64,000 nucleotides of DNA from Myxococcales bacterium. GTDB lineage: Bacteria; Myxococcota_A; UBA9042; JABWCM01; BTVJ01. A program made the translations under genes and the position numbers. This document shows positions 56,837-64,000 of this stretch, one piece after another (the first letter of the stretch is position 1; the number at the start of each line of letters is the position of its first letter). The DNA is taken from assembly GCA_045863395.1 (NCBI GenBank), contig BTVJ01000008.1:1-64000 (forward strand), given 5' to 3'. Under the pieces are notes generated by a model. That model had not been told where the DNA came from, made no database searches, and saw only the letters and a program-made list of their open reading frames with translations.

Positions 56837-57598
56837 TCAGTAGACGAAGGGGATGACGGCGCGGCGCTCGGCGGGGTAGTCGGGGAAGCGGGACAGATAC
56901 CAGCGGTGGTGGTCTCGGGCCCGGGGAACCAGGTTGGCCGCCGTCCACAGGGCAAAGGCGAGGCCCGGCAGCGACCAGGTGGCGATGGCCCAGCCCGTCC
57001 ACTCCACGACCTCTCCGAAGTAGTTGGGGGAGGTGACCCAGCGGAAGAGGCCGCCCTGGGGGATCTTGTACCCGGTCTCCCCCGGCTTGCGCAGGTTCAT
57101 GAGGACCTGGTCCGAGTGCAGGTTGATGGCGAAGCCCACCAGGAACAGCGCGGCCCCCACCCAGAACCGTGGGTCGGCCAGCCAGGCGTCCGGGTAGCCG
57201 CCAGACAGATCGAAGAGCCAGCGGCCGTTGATGTAGCCGTTGACCCCGTTGAAGAGGACGCCGGACGCCATGACGAGCACGGGCATGCGCTTGCCCTGGC
57301 TGCGGATGCGCAGCGGGAAGATGAACGCGCGGTTCAGGTAGTGCAGCTCCCACAGCGCGAGCAGGACGACCGCCGTCAGGGTGCCGCTGTGCTCGCCCGT
57401 GAGCCAGAAGCCGAAGATCACGAGGGCCGCTGGCGCCTCCATGAGGATCCAGCCGAGGCGGTTGTCGATGGTGGGGCCCCAGCCCGAGCGCGCGTGGCGG
57501 CCGTAGGGCGCCGTCAGGAACAGCAGGACGGGGAACATGACGACCGACAGGGCGATCCACCCGAGGCCCACGGCGTGGTGCAGCGCGGCCTCGGTCAT
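56837..57598 (-). CDS. 3-oxo-5-alpha-steroid 4-dehydrogenase (steroid 5-alpha-reductase family)
   Basis: APYGRH, GWILMEAP, HYLNR, YKIPQGGLF, SPNYFGE..EW, NLVPRARDHHRWY. Confidence 0.9.
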   Translation of the reverse strand: MTEAALHHAVGLGWIALSVVMFPVLLFLTAPYGRHARSGWGPTIDNRLGWILMEAPAALVIFGFWLTGEHSGTLTAVVLLALWELHYLNRAFIFPLRIRSQGKRMPVLVMASGVLFNGVNGYINGRWLFDLSGGYPDAWLADPRFWVGAALFLVGFAINLHSDQVLMNLRKPGETGYKIPQGGLFRWVTSPNYFGEVVEWTGWAIATWSLPGLAFALWTAANLVPRARDHHRWYLSRFPDYPAERRAVIPFVY

Positions 57599-58620
57599 GC
57601 GTCCACCTGGCCGGTGCGGGCGGGGAGGGCGCGCCACCCCTCCCGCAGGAAGCCCGCCTGCTCGAACCACGCGTAGACGTCGCGCACCGAGTCCTTGAAG
57701 GGGCGCGGCGAGTGTCCCAGCTCGCGCTCGGCCTTGGCGCCGACCACGACCCGGTTCTGCCGCAGCGCCCGCAGTGACGCGGACGTGTAGAGCGGTCGGC
57801 GGCCCGTCAGCGCCGACCACGCGGCGATCAGCGGCACGCTGGCCCGGGCGAGCCACATGGGGGAGACGAAGCGCGGCGTCCTGCGACCGGTCAGCTCGGT
57901 GACCGTGCGGGCGATGTCGGGCACGGAGACCCAGTGGCCGGGGAGCAGATAGCGCTCGCCGGTGCGTCCCCGGGTCTCAGCGGCCATGGCGCTCGCCACG
58001 ACGTCCCGCACGTCGACCCAGTTGAAGCCGCCGTCCACGAGCCCCGGAAGCCGGCCGTGCCACATGTCAAGGAACGCCTGCCCCATGGCGGAGATGCGGA
58101 AGTCCCCGGGGCCAATGACGCCGGAGGGGTTCACGATGACCGCGTCGAGCCCTCGCTGCACCGCCGCGAGGACCTCCGCCTGTCCCCCCGCCTTGCTCCG
58201 GTCGTAGACGGGGAAGTCGCCTCCGAGGGCCGGGGGGCGCGTCTCGTCCATGGGGACGTCTCGGGGTTGGTCGTCGAAGGCGTGGATGGAGCTGAAGTGG
58301 ATCAGGCGACGCACGCCGGTATCCAGAGCCGCCTGGCACACGTTTCGCGGGCCCTCGATGTTCGTGGCGAACACCAGCGCGGCGTCCGAGGTCCCCAGGG
58401 TGATGCGGGCCGCCAGATGGTAGACGACCTCGGCCCCAGCGAAGGCGCGCCGCATGGACTCGACGTCCCGGACGTCGCCGCGGACCCGCTCCACGTCCAG
58501 GCCCTCCAGGGCTGCGGCCTCGTCGTGCACCACGGCGCGCACGGTGCGGCCCGCGTCGAGCAGCGCGCGGGTCAGGTTCGCTCCGATGTGGCCAGAGGCG
58601 CCTGTAACGACGACGGTCAT
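57595..58620 (-). CDS. NAD-dependent epimerase / 3-beta-HSD / dihydroflavonol reductase-like SDR
   Basis: TGASGHIG, YDRSK, WVDVRDV; ATGA overlap with the 5-alpha-reductase gene. Confidence 0.88.
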   Translation of the reverse strand: MTVVVTGASGHIGANLTRALLDAGRTVRAVVHDEAAALEGLDVERVRGDVRDVESMRRAFAGAEVVYHLAARITLGTSDAALVFATNIEGPRNVCQAALDTGVRRLIHFSSIHAFDDQPRDVPMDETRPPALGGDFPVYDRSKAGGQAEVLAAVQRGLDAVIVNPSGVIGPGDFRISAMGQAFLDMWHGRLPGLVDGGFNWVDVRDVVASAMAAETRGRTGERYLLPGHWVSVPDIARTVTELTGRRTPRFVSPMWLARASVPLIAAWSALTGRRPLYTSASLRALRQNRVVVGAKAERELGHSPRPFKDSVRDVYAWFEQAGFLREGWRALPARTGQVDA

Positions 58621-58780
58621 GGGTCTCCTCTCGGGTCTGGTCGCCAGGGCGCGTATCGTGCGCCAGCGACCAGGCCGCGTCAACCCGAATGGGAGTCCGG
58701 CAGGGAGGGGCGCCGATGTGCTCACCGGCATTGTCCCCACGATGCGGCCGGAGTATCCTGGCGCCCCGACGGAGGCAAAG

Positions 58781-59305
58781 ATGACGGAGAACCAGACGAC
58801 ACCCCGGTATGACGTGCTCCTGCTGTCAGAGAAGCCGGGCTTCCAGCTCACGGACGGCGCGGCGAGGGCGCTCCTTCGCTACATGATGGGCAAGCGGTGG
58901 GTCGGAGGCATCGAGGAGGCGGTCGCCCAGGAGTGGGCGGAGCTCTACCTGGCGCCCGGCCCCTCCTCCCATGAGATGTTCATGTCTGGGCCGGCTGACA
59001 CCGATGAGCCCGTCTTCGAGGAGATGGCGATCCGCTTCGGCAAGCGCACCGTCGAGCAGCCCTACGGTGGGACGGGCCCGCTGGCCTTCTACATGGAGCT
59101 GCGCGGCTGCCGCTTCAAGGAGCCGCGGGGCGTGTTCCGCAAGGCGATGCTCGACGTGCTCAACCTCCGGGTGCGGGCGGTGGTCCGCGACCACGAGCCC
59201 GCTCCGCCGCACGCAGTCGTCCCCGAGGACGAGCTGCCGGAGGAGGTGGTCAAGACGGACCGTCGCTCCGGCGGGGCCGTCGGCACGCGCGTCGAAGAGT
59301 TCTAG
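58781..59305 (+). CDS. hypothetical protein (174 aa)
   Basis: GGAGG RBS and coding bias. Confidence 0.75.
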   Translation: MTENQTTPRYDVLLLSEKPGFQLTDGAARALLRYMMGKRWVGGIEEAVAQEWAELYLAPGPSSHEMFMSGPADTDEPVFEEMAIRFGKRTVEQPYGGTGPLAFYMELRGCRFKEPRGVFRKAMLDVLNLRVRAVVRDHEPAPPHAVVPEDELPEEVVKTDRRSGGAVGTRVEEF

Positions 59306-59333
59306 CCTCCCCCCTGGATCTCAGGACCTGGCC

Positions 59334-60875
59334 ATGACCCACTCCGAGCCGCAGGTCAAGCGCGAGGTGCCAGAGCTCCTGCTGCTCCACGAGATCGGGC
59401 AGATGCTCGATCGCAGCCTGGACCTGCGCACCGTGCTCCAGCCGGTGGTCAGCGCCATGGCCGAGCACATGGGCATGACCGCTGCCTCGTTGGGGCTCCT
59501 CAGCCGTGACGGGGAGTCCGTCGTCCTCGAGGCCACCTTCGGGCTCTCAGCGGAGGAGCGGCGCCGCGGGCGCTTTCGCCTCGGTGAGGGGGTCACCGGC
59601 GCCGTAGTGCAGACCGGGGAGCCCATCGTGGTCCCGCGGGTCACCGAGGACCCCCGGTTTCTGTTCAGGACCCGCGGCCGCCAACCCGCCGGCGCGTCCT
59701 TCGTGTGCGTGCCGGTCCGCAGCGGCAACGAGGTGCTGGGGGCGCTGAGCGCCGAGCGCCCGGCGGCTGCCGCGGAGGCCCTGGAGGACGAGGTCCGGCT
59801 CCTGTCGATCATCGCGTCCATGATCGCGCAGGCCGTGCGGCTGCGACGCTCGGCCGAGGAGCAGCGGCGGCAGCTCGAGGAGGAGAACGCGCTGCTCCAC
59901 GAGCAGCTCAAGGACCGCTTCCGCCCCTCGAACATCATCGGCAGCTCCAAGGCCATGTCCGCGGTCTACGACCTGATCGCCCAGGTCTCGCCCAGCGACG
60001 CCACGGTGCTGCTCCGCGGTGAGAGCGGCGTCGGGAAGGAGCTGGTCGCCCACGCCATCCACTACAACAGTCCCCGCGCCGCCAAGCCCTTCGTCCGGGT
60101 GAACTGCGCAGCGCTGCCCCAGTCGGTGCTGGAGAGCGAGCTGTTCGGGCACGAGAAGGGCGCCTTCACCGGCGCCCTGGCGCAGCGCAAGGGCCGCTTC
60201 GAGCTCGCCCAGGGCGGGACCATCTTTCTGGACGAGATCGGGGACTTCACGGCCCCGACCCAGGTGGCGCTGCTGCGGGTCCTGCAGGAGCGGGAGTTCG
60301 AGCGGGTGGGGGGCGTGACCACGCTGAAGGCCAACGTGCGCATCATCGCCGCCACCAACAAGGACCTGGAGGCGCTGATCGCCAGCGGGGCGTTCCGCGA
60401 GGACCTCTACTACCGGCTCAACGTGTTCCCCATCCACGTGCCGCCACTGCGGGAGCGGCGGACCGACATCCTGCTCCTGGCCGACCACTTCGTCGAGAAG
60501 TACGCTCGCGCCAACGGCCGGGAGGTCAAGCGCATCTCCACGCCGGCCATCGACATGCTGGTCAACTACCACTGGCCGGGCAATGTCCGTGAGCTGGAGA
60601 ACTGCATCGAGCGCGCCGTGCTGCTGACGAGCGACGGCGTGATCCACGGCCACCACCTGCCGCCCACGCTCCAGACGGCGGAGGCGAGCGGCACCGTGCA
60701 CAAGGGGCGCCTCCAGGAGGCCCTCGACACCCTGGAGCGGGAGCTGCTCGCCGACGCCCTCAAGACGGCCCGAGGTAACATGACCCGCGCCGCCCAGGCC
60801 CTCGACATCACGGAGCGCATCATGGGGCTTCGGGTGCGCAAGCACGGCCTCGACCCCCACCGCTTTCGCACGTGA
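59334..60875 (+). CDS. GAF-AAA+-HTH sigma-54 activator (NifA-like architecture)
   Basis: GAF with GEGVTG, GESGVGKE, ESELFGHEKGAFTGA, FLDEIG, WPGNVRELEN, Fis-type HTH. Confidence 0.93.
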   Translation: MTHSEPQVKREVPELLLLHEIGQMLDRSLDLRTVLQPVVSAMAEHMGMTAASLGLLSRDGESVVLEATFGLSAEERRRGRFRLGEGVTGAVVQTGEPIVVPRVTEDPRFLFRTRGRQPAGASFVCVPVRSGNEVLGALSAERPAAAAEALEDEVRLLSIIASMIAQAVRLRRSAEEQRRQLEEENALLHEQLKDRFRPSNIIGSSKAMSAVYDLIAQVSPSDATVLLRGESGVGKELVAHAIHYNSPRAAKPFVRVNCAALPQSVLESELFGHEKGAFTGALAQRKGRFELAQGGTIFLDEIGDFTAPTQVALLRVLQEREFERVGGVTTLKANVRIIAATNKDLEALIASGAFREDLYYRLNVFPIHVPPLRERRTDILLLADHFVEKYARANGREVKRISTPAIDMLVNYHWPGNVRELENCIERAVLLTSDGVIHGHHLPPTLQTAEASGTVHKGRLQEALDTLERELLADALKTARGNMTRAAQALDITERIMGLRVRKHGLDPHRFRT

Positions 60876-60895
60876 ATGTAGGACGCCGGGCCAGA

Positions 60896-60913
60896 TCCTA
60901 CGAAGATGTAGGA
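60896..60913. promoter_or_regulatory. palindrome TCCTAC-N6-GTAGGA, probable upstream activator site for amtB
   Basis: Perfect 6-bp inverted repeat about 100 bp upstream of a sigma-54 promoter; extra ATGTAGGA half-site at 60876-60883. Confidence 0.6.
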
Positions 60914-61014
60914 TGGCGCCGGCTTGTTGAAGCGAGATCTCGCATCAGATCAAGTCACTCAATTTGTTGAAACTCCATCGTTACTGTCGCTCCAAGCGAG
61001 GACTCCGTCGCCTC

Positions 61015-61030
61015 TGGCCCGGTCCTTGCT
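61015..61030 (+). promoter_or_regulatory. sigma-54 promoter of amtB (TGGCCCGGTCCTTGCT)
   Basis: GG-N10-GC; AT-rich IHF-like site ACTCAATTTGTTG at about 60957-60969 lies between UAS and promoter. Confidence 0.7.
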
Positions 61031-61077
61031 TTGCGGCCCCGCGGCCCGAGGGCCAACCACCCACAGAGGAGGCGCGT

Positions 61078-62538
61078 GTGACGACGAGACGGCTCGGGAG
61101 GCATGCAGTGTTGGTGCTGGCGCTGTGCGCGGGGGTGACCGCGGCGAGGCCGGCGCTGGCGGACGACGGCACGGACGTCAAGGTGATGCTCGATACCTTG
61201 TGGGTCATCATCGCGGGAGCATTGGTGTTCTTCATGAACGCCGGCTTCGGGCTCCTCGAGACCGGCCTCGTGCGCTCCAAGAACGCGGTGAACGTCCTCG
61301 CCAAGAACTTCACCGTGGCGGCCATCGCCGGACTCGCCTTCTACGCCGTCGGGTTCGGCCTGATGTTCGGCGATGGCACCCCGCTCCTGGGCCTCACCGG
61401 CTTCTTCCTCGGCGGCGCGGACACGAGCCCGGCCATGGGCGACGCCTACAGCGGCGTGTTCGGCTCGCTCGGGTGGGCCGGCGTGCCGCTCGAGGCCAAG
61501 TTCTTCTTCCAGGCGTGCTTCGCCATGACCGCCGCGTCCATCGTGTCGGGGGCGGTAGCCGAGCGCATCAAGTTCCAGTCCTTCCTCGTGTTCTCCCTGC
61601 TGCTCATCGCGCTCGTGTACCCGGTGACGGGCCACTGGATCTGGGGCGGCGGGTGGCTCGCCGAGCGGGGCTTCTGGGACTTCGCGGGGTCGACGCAGGT
61701 ACACGCCCTCGGCGGGTTCGCCGCCCTGACAGGCGCCATCGTGCTCGGGCCGCGCCGCGGCAAGTACGGGCGCAACGGCGAGGTGAGGCCCATCCCCGGG
61801 CACAACATCGCGCTGGCCACCGCCGGCGGGTTCATCCTGTGGCTCGGGTGGATAGGCTTCAACGCCGGGAGCACCATGGCGGCCGACCCTGCCGCCATCT
61901 CGCGCATCGCTGCCGCGACGGTGCTGGCGTCCTTCGCGGGCATCGTCGGCTCGCTGGTCGCCACGTGGGTCCGCGCCCGCACCTTCGACCTGACGATGAT
62001 GATCAACGGCTGCCTCGCCGGCCTCGTCGCCGTCACCGCGCCCTGCGCGTTCGTGTCGCTGCCCAGTGCCGTCCTCATCGGGCTCGTGGGTGGGCTCCTC
62101 GTCGTGCCCGCCGTCGTGCTCTTCGACCGCGCCCGCGTGGACGACCCGGTCGGCGCCACCAGCGTGCACCTCGTCGGCGGCATCTGGGGGACCCTCGCGG
62201 TGGGGCTCTTCGCCGAGGCGCGCTTCTCGGCCGACGTGGGTGACGGCCTGCTGTTCGGGGGGGGCGCCTCCCTGCTGGCGACGCAGGCCCTCGGAGTGGC
62301 TGCCGTCGGCGTCTTCGTGGTCCTCGCGTCCACCGCGCTGTGGCTGCTCATACGGCGCGTGATGGGCCTGCGCGTGGACGCCGAGGAGGAGTACCTGGGC
62401 CTGGACCTCGCCGAGATGGGTATGGAGGCCTACCCGGCAGACGGCGCCGGCCATCAGGTGGCGGGCACCAGCCGGCAGCCGGCGCCTGCCGCCAGCCACG
62501 CGCCCACGCTGGCGCGGTCGGCGGCCGAGGCCCCCTAG
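61078..62538 (+). CDS. amtB: ammonium transporter
   Basis: GFGLLETG, SGAVAER, DFAGSTQVH, GFNAGS, DDPVGATSVH. Confidence 0.96.
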   Translation: MTTRRLGRHAVLVLALCAGVTAARPALADDGTDVKVMLDTLWVIIAGALVFFMNAGFGLLETGLVRSKNAVNVLAKNFTVAAIAGLAFYAVGFGLMFGDGTPLLGLTGFFLGGADTSPAMGDAYSGVFGSLGWAGVPLEAKFFFQACFAMTAASIVSGAVAERIKFQSFLVFSLLLIALVYPVTGHWIWGGGWLAERGFWDFAGSTQVHALGGFAALTGAIVLGPRRGKYGRNGEVRPIPGHNIALATAGGFILWLGWIGFNAGSTMAADPAAISRIAAATVLASFAGIVGSLVATWVRARTFDLTMMINGCLAGLVAVTAPCAFVSLPSAVLIGLVGGLLVVPAVVLFDRARVDDPVGATSVHLVGGIWGTLAVGLFAEARFSADVGDGLLFGGGASLLATQALGVAAVGVFVVLASTALWLLIRRVMGLRVDAEEEYLGLDLAEMGMEAYPADGAGHQVAGTSRQPAPAASHAPTLARSAAEAP

Positions 62539-63017
62539 CGGGGCGGCTGCTCCCCTTCGGGCCGTGCGTACTCGTAGGGGAGCTGCACGGCCTGTACTCC
62601 CGCCCGCGTCGCCTCGCTCATCACCGTGATGATGTGCTGATAGTCGGTGCCCTTCTGGGCGAGGATGGAGAGCCGCGTCTTCGGGTCCTTCTCCACGAGC
62701 GCCTCCAGCTCCTTGCGCAGCTCCTCCGCCGTGACCTTGCGCCCCTGGGCGGGTGGGCCGTCGGGGACGGGCGTGCCCCCCACGGCCAGGTAGAACAGGT
62801 CCCCCTCGCGGCTCACGTACACCGAGTTGCGCTCCACCTCGACCACCACCTCCTTGTGGGCGGCGGTCGGGAGGCGCACCGAGAAGGCGTGCTCCTTGCG
62901 CTTGAAGGTCGTGGAGATCAAGAGAAAGATGATCAGGATGAAGGCGGCGTCGATCAGCGACGTGATGTCGATGACGGCCTCGGTGACGCGCCCGCGGCTC
63001 CGGCGGCGGAGCTTCAT
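62535..63017 (-). CDS. exbD: ExbD/TolR family biopolymer transporter
   Basis: IDITSLIDAAFILIIFLLISTTF, V.LP.A. Confidence 0.9.
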   Translation of the reverse strand: MKLRRRSRGRVTEAVIDITSLIDAAFILIIFLLISTTFKRKEHAFSVRLPTAAHKEVVVEVERNSVYVSREGDLFYLAVGGTPVPDGPPAQGRKVTAEELRKELEALVEKDPKTRLSILAQKGTDYQHIITVMSEATRAGVQAVQLPYEYARPEGEQPPR

Positions 63018-63646
63018 CGCGGCTCCCGCTCGCCGAGGGCCTGGTCGTCCACCAGCTCCAGGATGCGCAGCCCCTGCTCGGCCAGCTCGTGGGAGTACCG
63101 GTCCACGCGGCTCGTCAGGTAGCGGTACATGGCGTAGGCGGGGATGGCGACGCTCAGGCCGGCCGCCGTGGTGATCAGCGCCTCCCAGATTCCGCCCGCC
63201 AGCACGTTGATCTGCGGGTCGGGCTGGCTCGCCACGTCCTTGAACACCTTGATCATGCCGGTGACCGTCCCGAGGAGGCCGAGGAGCGGAGACACCGTCG
63301 CCACCGTGGAGACCACGTTGGTGAAGCGCTCCAGGTCGGCGATCTCCAGCTCTCCGGTCTCCTCCATGGTCTCCTTGATCAGCTCCCGGCGCTTGCCGCG
63401 GTGCTTGAGCGCCGAGGTGATCATGTTCGCGAAGGGGGAGCCGTTCTCCAGGCAGAGGCTCTCGGCCTCCGTGAACTTGCGCTGCTGCACCAGGGACAGG
63501 GCCGCCCGCACGAAGCCCGGCGGGATGACCCGGTGGCGGCGCAGGGTCCACAGGCGCTCCAGGAACACGGCGAGCGCCACCGCAGACGCCACCAGGATGG
63601 GGATCATCAGGACGCCGCCCTTCTCGAGCAGCTCGACCATGCTCAT
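63014..63646 (-). CDS. exbB: MotA/TolQ/ExbB proton channel protein
   Basis: PLLGLLGTVTGMI, GIWEALITTAAGL.VAIPA. Confidence 0.92.
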   Translation of the reverse strand: MSMVELLEKGGVLMIPILVASAVALAVFLERLWTLRRHRVIPPGFVRAALSLVQQRKFTEAESLCLENGSPFANMITSALKHRGKRRELIKETMEETGELEIADLERFTNVVSTVATVSPLLGLLGTVTGMIKVFKDVASQPDPQINVLAGGIWEALITTAAGLSVAIPAYAMYRYLTSRVDRYSHELAEQGLRILELVDDQALGEREPR

Positions 63647-64000
63647 GCAGATGCTTCCTGCGGGAGGGCCCGCCTGTCGTCGGGGTCGATGGGCAGGCGC
63701 ACCGTGAACGTGGTGCCCTGCCCGGGGACGGTCTCGTAGTCGATGGAGCCGCCGTGCTCATCGACGATCTTCTTCACGATGGCGAGGCCCAGGCCCGTTC
63801 CCGACTCCTTGCCGCTGGTCACGAAGGTCTCGAAGAGCCGGTCCTGGACCTCAGCCGGGATGCCGGTGCCCGTGTCCGCGAAGCGAAACACCACGTCGCT
63901 GCCGTCACGGTCCACAGAGAACACGAAGCGTCCCCCCGACGGCATGGCTTCCCGCGCGTTGCGTGCCAGGTTGAAGACGACCCGCTTCATCTTCATGTCG
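63643..64000 (-). CDS. C-terminal HATPase domain of a sensor histidine kinase (5' part outside the window)
   Basis: NLARNAREAM, DTGTGI, LFETFVT, GTGLGLAIV. Confidence 0.92.
   Translation of the reverse strand, partial: DMKMKRVVFNLARNAREAMPSGGRFVFSVDRDGSDVVFRFADTGTGIPAEVQDRLFETFVTSGKESGTGLGLAIVKKIVDEHGGSIDYETVPGQGTTFTVRLPIDPDDRRALPQEASA

Noticed and set aside
59334..60875. nifA and nitrogen fixation
   Set aside because: The architecture is shared by many activators; no nif genes and no TGT-N10-ACA site were seen upstream of amtB

Overview
High-GC bacterial chromosomal segment. Gene content (Cys-rich lipoproteins, HEAT proteins, several sigma-54 promoters, a Myxococcus-type LexA box) suggests Myxococcota or a related deltaproteobacterial lineage; this is inference. 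Much of the window is housekeeping: glpD, cls, argG, imuAB, lutABC, ihfB, tRNA-Arg(CCT), metG, apt, surE, ftsB, amtB, exbBD. An accessory stretch at about 13-40 kb holds the most unusual material. (1) A tightly packed five-gene operon (19005-29026) encodes a 1518-aa SEDS glycosyltransferase/FHA-like/class B PBP fusion, a vWA-TM-FHA-like protein, a divergent tubulin-like protein, and two partner proteins; it may be a self-contained, cytoskeleton-linked peptidoglycan synthesis module. (2) A predicted secreted 189-aa protein consists of two tandem BIR (IAP-repeat)-like Cys/His domains, a fold known essentially from eukaryotes and their viruses. (3) A 164-bp palindromic MITE with TIRs and a TGA target duplication lies directly upstream of a BrnT/BrnA toxin-antitoxin pair. 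A tandem 'dead + active' SpeD-fold decarboxylase is coupled to argG. All calls come from reading motifs by eye; no database searches were run, and start codons were chosen from RBS and stop/start overlaps.
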